Positions 38,501 through 49,249 of a DNA stretch of 64,000 nucleotides are shown here, piece by piece. The DNA comes from Octopus sinensis. Its lineage: Eukaryota. Every line of letters begins with the position of its first letter. Position 1 is the stretch's first letter. The DNA is taken from assembly GCF_006345805.1 (NCBI RefSeq), contig NC_043005.1:105214001-105278000 (forward strand). Direction: 5' to 3'. Under the pieces are notes generated by a model, which saw only the letters and a program-made list of their open reading frames with translations, did no database searches and was not told where the DNA came from. The translations under genes and the position numbers were made by a program.

Positions 38501-40606
38501 ACTTGATGATGGTGGCTGTGGCTGCGATTGTGAGGACTGAGATGCTGGTGGTGGAAGTGGTAGTGGTAGAGGTTGCTGCTGTTGTGTTTGTTGTTGTTGT
38601 TGGTGGTTTTGTATTTGTTGTTGGTGATTTTGTATTTGCTGCTGCAGCACTTGTTGGTGATTCTGTAATTGTTGTTGCTGCTGTGTTTGCAACTGTTGTT
38701 GCTGGTGATTCGGCAATTGTTGAGTTTGTAATTGTTGCTGGTGATTCTGCAAATGCTGTTGCTGATGTTGCTGTTGGTGGTTCTGCAATGGTGAGTGTTG
38801 TTGTTGATTCTGTAGTTGTTGCTGTGGATTTTGCAGTTGTGGTTGCTGCTGTTGTTGTTGGTTTTGAATCTGCTGCTGGTTTTGCATTTGTTGTTGCTTC
38901 TGTTGAGGAGATGGTATCTGTTGTGTTGGTGCAGCTTCCATGTGTTGAGTGGCGATGGGCTGAGAAAGGACTGAATTATTGTGTGGTTGCATCTGCGGCT
39001 GGGGCTGGTGCAACAGAGGCTGTGCTGGGATTATCGCTACAGGAGGTACAAAAGGGTTCAACACCATAACACCAGCCATATTAGGCATGCTGGCCATGGA
39101 CTGAGGTACAATAATGGATGACGAGGTAACAGCGACGGACGTAGGGATGTCGACTGGACGTATACGTCTGAAATTGTTGCAGCTCTCCGGCGCAATGCCG
39201 TGAACATCCTGTTTGTGTTTTTTGAGGTAGTATTTGTTGCAGAAGTGCTTCTGACATAACTCACAATAGTCTTCCAAGTCTTGATTGACACTGCCTTCAG
39301 TAATTATTTTCTGATTCTGTGACTGAGGATCTAATCTATATGATGATGGTGTGACAATTTGCTCTTGAGGCGGCTGTTGCTGAGGTGGAGGGGGAGGAAT
39401 CATTGAAGGAAATGTGTTCATTGAAAATGGTGACGGTGCATTCTCATAGATACCATGCTTGTTAGCTTTATGCGTTTTCAGAAAATATTTGTTACAAAAT
39501 TCTCTATCACATATTTCACAGTAGGCATCAGGATGAAATATCCGGGTACCATCATTTTTTATACTGAGTTCACCAGTTGAGTCTTTGGATTCTGCCTCAG
39601 TGGGATCAAGGCCTGGTATGCTGGAAAGAGGCACAGAAGAGGGCACTATTGTAAGTGTGCCTATTGGCTCCAAGCCATTCTGACCATTGGACTGTTGTTT
39701 TATACTTTGCTGGAGTTCATTTGCTAAGCGATGGTATTCAGTTGGAAATGTCTGCCAATGTTCTGGTTTGAAACCACTGATGTGGTTTTCTTGGGGTGGT
39801 AGTTCTTTTTCAGGTTCCAGCAGTGGTTGTTGTTGTTGTTGTTGTGGTGGTGGTTGTGATTGCTGCTGTTGTTGTTGTTGTTGTTGTTGTTGCTGTTGTT
39901 GTTGTGGTGGTTGTGGTGGTGGTGGTAGTAGTAGTGGTGGTGGTGGTGTTGGTGAAGGTACAGTTGATTGTTGCTGTGGTGGTGAGTGTTGTTGATGATG
40001 TGGTGACGGTAATGGAGACTGTTGTTGGGATATTTGCGCAGGTATATGTTGGGGCGATACCTGTGGAGGTGATATCTGTGAAGGTGATATTTGAGAGGGT
40101 GATATTTGCTGTGGAGGTAATGGGTGTGGTACTATATGTTGTGGGGTTAATGGAGTTAACTGTGTTGACAGCTGTGGTGGTGATAACTGTGGTGGTATGT
40201 GTATTGGAGCTGGCGGTTGGAGAGGTAACTGTTGAGGTGGTAGTTGTTGTAATGTTGGTAGTGGTAGTGGTATTGCTGGTGGTGGTGGTGGTGGTGGTGG
40301 TGGCACTGGCCCTAGCTGTTGTTGTGGTAGTTGTAAGGGAGGTAATTGCTGTAACTGTGGTACTTGTGGTTGTGGAGACACTGATGGTAAGAGTTCAGGA
40401 CAACTTTGGCCAGAAGAGAAATTATCAGCAGCCTCTTCCTTCAGTTGGCTGGTGTCGTCTTCATCATTGGTCAGCCTCTCTCCACAGTCTTCCAAATCAT
40501 AGTCTGGAGGGTTTTCAAACTGTTTTGATACAGTTTCTCCAGAATCCAAATCTGCACTATAAGAAACTCGGTTTGGTTTTGTTTGCTTACGACGGTTCGA
40601 CTTCAT
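35585..40606 (-). CDS. 1673-aa Pro/Gln-rich protein with 13 C2H2 zinc fingers (probable transcriptional regulator)
   Basis: Uninterrupted 5022-bp ORF in very AT-rich DNA. It has 13 C-x2-C-x12-H-x4-H motifs: seven dispersed near-identical ones and six more divergent C-terminal ones, plus polyP/polyQ tracts. The ATG has A at -3 and is preceded by an in-exon TAG of another frame. Confidence 0.95.
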   Translation of the reverse strand: MKSNRRKQTKPNRVSYSADLDSGETVSKQFENPPDYDLEDCGERLTNDEDDTSQLKEEAADNFSSGQSCPELLPSVSPQPQVPQLQQLPPLQLPQQQLGPVPPPPPPPPPAIPLPLPTLQQLPPQQLPLQPPAPIHIPPQLSPPQLSTQLTPLTPQHIVPHPLPPQQISPSQISPSQISPPQVSPQHIPAQISQQQSPLPSPHHQQHSPPQQQSTVPSPTPPPPLLLPPPPQPPQQQQQQQQQQQQQQQSQPPPQQQQQQPLLEPEKELPPQENHISGFKPEHWQTFPTEYHRLANELQQSIKQQSNGQNGLEPIGTLTIVPSSVPLSSIPGLDPTEAESKDSTGELSIKNDGTRIFHPDAYCEICDREFCNKYFLKTHKANKHGIYENAPSPFSMNTFPSMIPPPPPQQQPPQEQIVTPSSYRLDPQSQNQKIITEGSVNQDLEDYCELCQKHFCNKYYLKKHKQDVHGIAPESCNNFRRIRPVDIPTSVAVTSSSIIVPQSMASMPNMAGVMVLNPFVPPVAIIPAQPLLHQPQPQMQPHNNSVLSQPIATQHMEAAPTQQIPSPQQKQQQMQNQQQIQNQQQQQQPQLQNPQQQLQNQQQHSPLQNHQQQHQQQHLQNHQQQLQTQQLPNHQQQQLQTQQQQQLQNHQQVLQQQIQNHQQQIQNHQQQQQTQQQQPLPLPLPPPASQSSQSQPQPPSSSSAPPAQPIASDALRSIGVLNAEAYCEICRKEFCNKYFLKIHKANMHNIYTDEMKPQLQQPQISSRIATESEHPDVKQEPGLIRDQGKEDALSGRVSQEQGMPLVMKPKDMGMKDAEQMKEQMLAKEAISLSKDLTNLKDPSVLKNLALMKGSGTNDIPQNLLTSTGINVSQSSMISSVVGLSQNILSNSNSECYVTYCNICNREFSSKYSYRIHRMNVHGVFHETPSKSHPLDGQLPSDMSARIKSMPGFVGSDMRNGNSVTDSSGMPTLFGNMIAAKLADRVTCDICSKELCNKYFLKNHKLKVHGIDIMSAEKENKQSEGKSLSPKLNLFKDNQKEYIRDIIRDQAKELALLEMQKVDMNGKEFLTSMSNIEKPDHHELVKMGIDPEAYCEICKKELCSKYFLRTHKLNIHGIKSDRIDSKTIDKMQLPQPNKKLINNLAVSMSVDGFQPNESFEKHTWRWKEPVNSSRVICDICNKELCNKYFLRTHKLNKHGILPTAEEQKITPSPSMRSSPVDSGSIGNASPGSQNEKLSDGFSILPNSLSDSCLTNSDSKLLSHHQQNPDEVKIKTEQLDDTPVNNRYYNHFTEVCKLCDRRFKNEKWLHAHVLKDHGVSLPSDNKYVPLEAQMCQFCFKVFPNSISLQMHVLNDHKAEVSAKPDFSPPHHFGGPLHNSLSWGNSLRRKYSRGGKPKLYSCVHCDYKTRWLSNIYSHEERKHSIIKGTVGRFTCKTCLKSFLYEHSLIRHITEYHANDIKESRPRPKGIRIKKFKCAKCGIKYLSKKACQMHIREVHVKKSKLTSDLEPSEDNGFYSCRQCDFTCSFAKLLQKHMAFNHGPKMSPSSMPSEDIDEDLKEPNSSSPRTHNNISNYPDEEQLPSTKATPATDNDDNNNNSNINNSSINNCDMDSTENDGYGCRSTDNKSQTPFIMQAFHLENNLVDTNFIPSVVHMPVRQRVTEPVTLTLTLVPAEP

Positions 40607-40607
40607 C

Positions 40608-40775
40608 CTAGTGAATCAGCTGGCTTCTTTTCTTGATAGAAATATATGCAGAATACAATGAGGTATTTCTGGTTTTTTCAGTAGAAACAATACATCTTGT
40701 GGCCACTATTTGTTTTATCCATGTTGAACTTTGCATACATTCATAATAGTCACTGACCCGTATTCCAATTTTCAT
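40608..40775 (-). promoter_or_regulatory. Upstream ORF (55 aa + TAG) in the 5' leader
   Basis: ATG at 40775-40773 to TAG at 40610-40608, with no internal stop. Peptide: MKIGIRVSDYYECMQSSTWIKQIVATRCIVSTEKTRNTSLYSAYISIKKRSQLIH. Confidence 0.6.
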
Positions 40776-40777
40776 GT

Positions 40778-40797
40778 CTGGAATAGAAAATAAACAA
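40778..40797 (-). promoter_or_regulatory. Predicted splice acceptor of the large coding exon
   Basis: The minus strand reads GTTGTTTATTTTCTATTCCAG|ACATG: pyrimidine tract plus CAG. Confidence 0.7.
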
Positions 40798-41514
40798 CAT
40801 TCTTAGATGAAACATAGTCAAGAATAAATATGTATCTAAATTAACATTTTGTAAAACATGAATATCAAAGAGTCTAGAAATATGCAAGTGAGCTATGAAG
40901 TTTAAGGAGCTGCATTACAAACAAAGTGGAGCACAAATCGTATTGCTGTCAATATTGTGCTTGTGGACAAAGTATATAATTCTGATTCCCCTAAGTTTAG
41001 CATGTTCTACTTTAAAGCAGATTAGAAATTCTTAGCTGACAATATGTAAATTGCATCAATTTTAAAAAAGAAGAAGAAAAAACATTTAAATTGATCCCAA
41101 TACTTGCTTGCTACTTATTTTATCAACTTCTGAAAGGATGACAATCCAATAGGATTTGAACTCAATGTTGAGAATGAACGCAACAAAACAAGTCATATTG
41201 ACTGCATCCATCACTAAACATTTCTCTTCTTTGCCAAAAATACATCACATAAACAGGACATTTTCTGGACAGGCTGCAAAAAGTTTTTGCAACCTGTCCA
41301 TCTGCTGCTTAGGTATATAGAGAAAGAGTAAAAGTTTATATTTACATATGTGATCTACTAGTCAGAAAAATAAATTCTCTTCTTAATTTAAGAAACAATG
41401 ATAAAAGAAGTTTCATAGTTTAAAATCTTACAGCCATCTTTTAATTAGGATTGAATTTTTTTTAACTTCTACATTTTTGCTTATTCTTATAAGAAGTTCC
41501 TTGAAGGTTGACCC

Positions 41515-41585
41515 AAATCCAATAAGTGTGGTGATCTGAATTTAATGTCAAACATTAAATTCAGATCACCACACTTATTGGATTT
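41515..41585. repeat. Perfect inverted repeat, 34-bp arms, 3-nt spacer
   Basis: AAATCCAATAAGTGTGGTGATCTGAATTTAATGT-CAA-ACATTAAATTCAGATCACCACACTTATTGGATTT. Confidence 0.97.
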
Positions 41586-44054
41586 ATATTAAAATCAAAA
41601 GAGTGAGAAGCAACTGAAAATGACAGTATCCATACTCTATCAATCCCTGTTGATAAAAGTTGTTTTCAACTGGATGTTAAATTAACTAGTAAAATTAGAC
41701 ACACTAAAAAAGCCATTTAGAATACATTACCTATAAATATATTACACATTTATTTTTTTATGAGGCATTCACAAGTTTCAGCAAAGTTATATAGCATTGT
41801 AAATTGAAATGACAGTGACTCTGCCAACATTTAATGAATTAAATTTAAAGAATATGCAAAGTATGTACATTTTAAAAATTGAAAATACAAATGTTAATTA
41901 AAAGACAGTTGTAAGATATGAAACTTCTTTTTCCATTATTTCATGGATTAAGAATAAAAATTATTTTACTAACTAGTACATATGTGTAAGCTTTTACTCT
42001 ATACACATAAACAAAACACATAAAAAAATCCAATTCGTATAAGTTTCTAGAGTATATAAACAAAATCAAAGATGCCTTTTCACCCAATGAAATGCAACAC
42101 AGAAAATTCAGTTTCTGAAAGTTAGTTTCTAAAAGGCATACCAAAAAACAACATTGCCACTATACAAATGTATGTACACATACATAAAGAAATCCAATTC
42201 CTATAAGTTGTTTGAAAGATACACTTGATTCCACCAATACTGCCTTCATTGCATAGCAACAGCAACTTCATATTTCTTTGATAGAAGAAGGATGAAGAAC
42301 TCCACAGAAGCTGTTGTTCCTTAATGGGATTAGCACATCACAATTGAATAGAAATGAAATGGAAAGAGAAAACAGCTTCCTCTCTCTCTCATCTCCCTCA
42401 CACATAACTAAGTGGTTAAGTGCAATCAAATTGAAAGAAAAAGTACTTTGCAAATCTTGCTAAACTTTGAAAGAAAAAGGGAAACTTCATAAGTTTTTTT
42501 GGTATTATACACGTATAAATATAGAGCTTTTGAGCTGGAAGTAGATACATTCATACATAACACTGGATGCAAATATAAATACACAAACACTAATTCATAG
42601 GCTAACAAACAATACAAAAATGCATAAACATTAAACAGGTGAACATATTTTAAAACATGGATGTAGAACCAGAAAATGAAGCTAGATGCAATAATCAAAA
42701 TTGAACAGAACTGCTTGAGCAGAAGCAAAAAATAGCAAATAGTGATGGTAATGATGATTATGGTAGTAACCATGATAACACAATGGGAATGAGGATGAAG
42801 ATGGCAGTAATGATAATGCTGAGAATGATGATTGGTCACATAGCTAGGTTAGAAGTGCCCCACACCTCTATTACTATTTGACCTTAGAGTCATGACATAA
42901 TTAATTAGAGAGAGAGAGAGACACACACACACACATCCATTTGACAGTCTGAAGGTGCTGCTAGGTGGCATCTATAAGGGATCAGATAAAACAAACGAGG
43001 CTGGCTTGGTAAAGAGAGCTAATATTGTTGAGAAGCAAATATATCTTCCATCTTGTTATCCAAACACATATATAGATGCGTAAGCATAGCTCTGCCTCAT
43101 TCTACATATCCAAACGTATCTCCACATATGCATAAAATTTTACACAACCATACCATACTAAAGGCTATGTATTCAAAGTCTCCATACACAAGAATACACA
43201 GGCATAAAGATATTACATACATAAAACAAATATATGTATTCATATCTAAATACAAATGAAATACTAACCTGACTACAGAAATATGTACACACACACATCT
43301 TGACTTACTAAAAATATAAGCTACAAACATCACAAAAGCCAATTATCATCCCTTATAACTATTTATTAAAGTAACTATTTTGATAGAATAATCCCTTAGC
43401 CATACATAATTATTTTCATCTGGAAAGCAAAAGATCAAATAAAAAATCCATTTTACTTAACCACAAATTTTTGAATCAGTAGAACTAAAAGTCATAGATA
43501 AACACAAGATTTATCACTGAGTAATCATTCAAGGAAGTTGAACAGTAAAAATATGTTATGAGAAATTTAAAACATTTCTTAGAACTCAGAACTTTTTCTC
43601 ATCATATACTTATTAAGTAAATTAACCAGTCCCACCACTAGTGATCTGGAGGAAAAATAAAAAGATAAAGAAACTGAACATCTACATAATAAGAAACATG
43701 AATTTTTTTATCATAATGATAAATAAAAACAAGAAATTAGTTAAAGTATATATTCATCAATCTTACCCAAGAGAAAGTATTCAAGACTACTGCAAACATA
43801 GCTTTTTATCACATGTAAATAATTAAATGAAAGAAAAGAAACTTATATGTGTGCACTGACTGGATAATTTTAATTTGGATGGGGACAAGCAAAAATGCAG
43901 ATATGGTGGTAAGATATAAAGTTTGGCTGTTTACTTAAGTTTCTGAAGGCTAAATGCAACTCTGTCATAGCAAATCAGCTGAATCCATGCCGAATAACCG
44001 ACCTATTACTTTCTACAATATCAAGACGAGATGTCTGACAAATATATCCCTTGC

Positions 44055-44242
44055 GAAGTAGTGAGCTAGCAGAATCATCAGTACACTGATCAAAATGGTT
44101 AACAATATTTCACCTGTCTTTACATTCGGAGTCCAAATTCCACTGAAGCTGACTTTGCCTTTCATTCTTGCACGGTTGATAAAATAAATACCTATCCCAC
44201 CACCCCAAATTTTTGGCCTGGTGCCAAAATTTGAAACCAATA
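44055..44242 (+). mobile_element. tRNA-derived SINE
   Basis: GTGAGCTAGCAGAATCATCAG...GAGTCCAAATTCC...GACTTTGCCTTTCATTC...GATAAAATAA...GTGCCAAAATTTGAAACC. Confidence 0.8.
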
Positions 44243-45200
44243 TATATAACCTGCTTAAAAAATTTTTTTTAAAAAGTCAATTTCTTCTTTAGTTTCATTT
44301 CAACGGTATTCATGTATATTTATTGAGGAGGAGAATAAAAATTTTTAATAACCATTCATGCATTTTCAAAGGCATGAACAGTATAGCTAAAGAGAGATGA
44401 CTGCAAAATGGGAATAAGAAACATCTAAACCACTGGCATCAATTAAATGTTTAAAGCTAGTGAGATGGTATGAGGGAGGAATCTAAAGACAAAGTAAAAA
44501 TTAACAAGTTTTTGTTAGCAACTTCATAAATGTAATTAAATCAAAGATCAAGAAATTGTGTTAAAGTTGTTTTGTGCTACAAGTTGTAGGTGAAATTATT
44601 ATCTGTTACAATTCTGCAGGAAAAATGGAAATTTATGTATTTGTTCTATTTATTTCATTCATAATAGCAATAAAATCCTAACCTTACTATATACATCATA
44701 ATAATAATATGCCAGAAAAGGTCACAAAAAATTGAGAAAACAACCATACTCTGATCTATACCAACACACAGGTAGCAAAATTAAGGTCAATACACTGGAT
44801 ATAGTTGTCAGAAAAAAAAGTGCTTTCTAACAGATGTATCAATACCAACAGATGACTGTTTCTCTAAAACGAAGAAACTTTTGAAATACAAAGATCTGGA
44901 AATAGAGGTAAATCGAATGAGGAGCCTAAAAACAGATACAATTCCTATTACAGTAGGCACATTAGGTATCAGTAAAAACAGAAACATTCAGACAAATGCA
45001 TAACAAATACTCCAGAACTCACAAGTACATATAACAAACAGAAAATAACATTACTAGGCACTGCACACATCCTATGTAAAACATTTTCAACACAGTGAAA
45101 ATAAGAACACCATAACACATACCCAAGGCACACAGAGCTGCACATGGTAGTGAGGTGGAAGCACATGATAAAAATAAGACTACCAAATAATGATAATAAT

Positions 45201-45570
45201 AATCCTTTCTATTATAGGAAGAAGGCCTGAAATTTGGGGGAGGGGGATAGTCGATTACATTGACTCCCGAAAAGATGAAAAGTAAAGTTGACCTTGGTGG
45301 AATTTGAACTCAGAATGTAGCAACGGGCAAAATACTGCTAGCATTTCATCTGGCATGCTAACGATTCTGCTAGCTTACCGCTTTAATAATAATAATAATA
45401 ATAATAATAAAGTTTAAATTTAGTCACATGGTACTTCATTTTATCAACCCAAAAAGAACATAAAGTGAAGTTGACAGTAAAATTTCAACTCTGAAAATGC
45501 AAAGAGCCAAAAGAAATGTTGCAAGTTATTTCTTCTAAGTTGTAATGTCAGTTTGCCATCACCACTGATT
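45201..45570 (-). mobile_element. Two tandem tRNA-derived SINEs separated by (AAT)n
   Basis: First copy 45201-45383 (AATCCTTTCT...GGAATTTGAACTCAG...CGATTCTGCTAGCTTACCGCTT), then (AAT)n, then a more decayed second copy. Confidence 0.8.
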
Positions 45571-46141
45571 ATTTTCAGCCCATTGCAAGTATCTTAATGT
45601 GTTTCTGGGTAAAAAATACATAGAGCTAACCACACATTGATGTACACTTCAAATTATGAAAGTTAAGATTTTCCCAATAACCAAACTCAGACTTTATATG
45701 TTAAATTCAAGTAAATAGATTTTAATGGTGAGACATTTGCTGAAAGCAAGATATGAAGATAATTTATGTTATTAGGACAAACCTAATAGGTCAATGAAAT
45801 AGATCTTTTAAATGATTTTATCAATAGATAACCTGAATATAGGATTAGCATTATAATCATGTAGAGGAAAAAAAATTACTGTATGAACAAAAGCATTTTA
45901 AATTCCACTTTTTAAACAGAGTATGTCCAATACACACAACGTCTCATAACAGTGAATTTGAATAGATTTTTGTTGCAAAATATCTTGATACATACACTCC
46001 TTAAACTATATTTTAAAAGGACAATGAAATATGAAAGCTAAAATATAAAATTACCTTACTAACTGATTCAGTAAATAACTGAGGTATATCTAAAATTCCC
46101 AGAAGTTAGATAAATATATTGATTAACACTAACTAGCTGAT

Positions 46142-46193
46142 ATTCTCAAAATGGGTCAAACAAAATAATTCTCAAAATGGGTCAAACAAAATA
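46142..46193 (+). repeat. Perfect 26-bp tandem duplication
   Basis: ATTCTCAAAATGGGTCAAACAAAATA x2. Confidence 0.95.
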
Positions 46194-49193
46194 GAAGTTG
46201 AAACCTTCAAGCCACAATGCCAGTAAGTTATATCTGGGACATTAGAGCATTCTAGACACTTTATCAACAAGTATCACTTTAAATTTTTGTACCATCTCAA
46301 AGTTTAGGAAATAGAATGGATTTATGTGTAATAAGGTGCAAATAATTCAAATATTTTGAGCAGGTTTGGTGCACATTCAGGAGATGTGTGTGTGTGTGAC
46401 ACTATGTAACAGTGCTGGAGCATCTGAGCTACAGGAACATCTGCTACACAATTTTACATGGGAGTTTTGGGCCAATACAAGACTTAAAAAAAAATAATGC
46501 TATACTCAAGAAGCAAATTTCTTAACCTCTGCAAACTTGCCTGTATTTGCAGATATACACAGAGACATGGACATACACATACAGCAGAGTTATGCAGGTT
46601 TATGGAATGCGTGGAGAGGTAGGTAATACTAATATTACCAATATTTTTTCTGAAAATACATGCAACTACACAATATTGTATAAATATTCAGAAGCCATTA
46701 GCTCTAATGAGAAAGAAAACGATAGACCTCTGTAGTATTGAAAACTGACAACAAAATAAAAAAAGTAAAGATCAGTTCCTTATAAGGACAAAGTATAGAA
46801 AAAATTCTTTGGATGCTCTTTTATATAATGCAAGTGCATGTTTGTGCCTATACATTTCTGTGTATGTGTACATGAGTCTGAGATGTAGATAAGTGTATTA
46901 TATCAGAGATAATTGCTGGGTTTTAAAGAAGTAATGAATATTGGAAAGAAAAGAAAGAAAAACATTGCCAGACTGCATTACAATGTAGGTAGAAGATGCA
47001 TTAATGTAGAGCAGAAAGAGAATAAAGATGAGGGGGAATGTCTTTAGAATTAAAAGAGGAAGAGTGGGAATGCTGTTTCAATGTTGGATAAAAAATTTTA
47101 AAACATGAAACAAAAATATAAAAAGTAAAGTAGTTGTACAATTATTAAGGAAGAAGCTTATTTTTATAGGCTGGAAGTTTGTTTATTTTTCTTTTATAAT
47201 TATAATGACAAGATGTTGGTAAAATTATCAGCACATTGAGTAGATAAGGTTAAAAGTCTTCAGGGCTAGGAGTTTATGGGGGCGGGGGAGATGTAGTGGG
47301 GACAGATATCACTTTAAGCTATTTTCTTTGCTACACTGACCATTTCCTTTACCTTTTTTTTCTTTTTTGATAGCAAATGAGTAAGGTGTCATATAGTGCA
47401 ACAAACAGTGATGAGCTAATGATTCATTATCTGTAAAACTGCTTACACTGAGCAAGAAAGTCCTTAGAAAATCATGAATACCTAACATCCTTCTTAAACT
47501 TAAGGCTTCCTGCATGCCTCATACAACAAATCCCTATAACTTTAATTTTGCATTTAGATATTCTTACAGGATAATCATTTTATGAAATGAAGCAGTATAA
47601 TATCATGATGAAAACTTTTACAGTTATAGTCCTAACAATCCAAGACACAGTTGAAAAGCTTCAGATATTATAGTCATCGTCAGTGGATTCCTGAGATATA
47701 GCAAGCTATCAGCAACTAATTTCTAAGTTACAATTAAATTCTTTATAATCATATGTGATAAATACAAAACAATTTATTAGGTTACAAATAAATATAAAAT
47801 GAGGTTAGACTACTGAAATTAAATAAAATTTGTCTTCCCCAAATTGGGACATTGATGTCCACTTGAAATTTCTGATATAAGTCTTTTGCTAAGAGATTGT
47901 GGAAATTTAATTGGTTGCAACACCACCTATTTTGATTAACTATCAAATCGATGTAAAAAATGATGAGCATATATGTCAATGATAATTTCTTACATTACCT
48001 AAAAGACCTTACATTTTGTGGGGTTTTATAGTACGAGTTAAATTTAAATAGTATCACAGATAAAAGGTGAAGTTAACTCTGGCAGAATTTACATTCAGAA
48101 TGAAAAGGGATGTAAAACATGCCACAATACCACAAGGCATTTAATAATAATAAACATCCCAAGAAAACAGTATGATTGGAAATGGGTTATACTGGGTCTT
48201 ACAATGGTTGCATCGTTACTATTAGAAAATACCGAACTGGAAGAATGCATCCACAAATCTAAGCAACATAAGTAAAATTGTACTCACAGTTGCATGTGCA
48301 CACACATGCACATACACACATTACATTTTCACATGTTTATAGAGATTATGATAATTGTGTGATGATACTACTATTCTATTTTACATCAAATCTTAAGCTA
48401 CTTTTTTCTTAGTGAAGATGAATTTGCAAAGAAATGTTTGCTGGTTTTCTTCTTAATATAGCAGCCATTAAGTCTTCTATACAAACATACATTTGCAGTT
48501 CATATAAGTCCTACCATGATCACACAAGCTTAACAATTTCATGACCACTGTCACAATAACAACTTTGTTGATTCAAGAAGATACTTAGAATTTGATGAAT
48601 CCTTATTTCTCTTAGCTGATGCACAATTTCAAAACAATAACCATCATCATGTTTTTTAATCTAGTGTAGAAGACTAACCAAATAGAACCTTGCTAAATCC
48701 TGAGTTCCATTTTGCAATGATCTAATTGAAAAACTAGATACCAGTAATATGCCATACTCGAGTGTTAGCAATACACTAACCAATTTTCAAAAAATCTAAA
48801 AACTTATTTTCATTTGGTTATAGTGATGTCTTAATTTTGTTATAATTATATACAGTTGATAATTTCCCAGGGTCTCCTGATCAAGTGTCATCTAAAAATC
48901 TTATTTAAAGTTACTTTTTAGATCAAAGTCGAGAAAACTGATCTTAAGGTACATATGGCCTTCTGAAGATATTTAATCTTTGAGTTGAAAACGATTATAC
49001 TGCAATTTATTTTTGTTTATTTAATTCTATTTAAAACATGTCTTCTTAATTAATTGTGAATTAACCTGTGATTATTAGAAATATCTGTTTACATTTCTTT
49101 ACCAACATCTGCAATTTCCTTCAGAAAATGAAAATATGGATTGTGGTTAAGAACATAAATTCATTTGTCATTATATGAGTGTCCTTGAAGAGG

Positions 49194-49249
49194 GTTGTAG
49201 ATACATTAAGATTTAAAAGTAGACTTTTAAATCTTAATGTATCTACAAC
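49194..49249. repeat. Perfect inverted repeat, 27-bp arms, 2-nt spacer
   Basis: GTTGTAGATACATTAAGATTTAAAAGT-AG-ACTTTTAAATCTTAATGTATCTACAAC. Confidence 0.97.

Noticed and set aside
38320-40611. Plus-strand poly-Val/Cys/Gly ORFs (38320-39069, 39687-39995, 39796-40611)
   Set aside because: Shadow frames of the CAA/CAG/CCA repeats of the zinc-finger gene.
42958-42970. CTCF-like motif CTGCTAGGTGGCA
   Set aside because: A 12/13 match to a degenerate consensus; a rough estimate says one such hit is not surprising in a window of this size.
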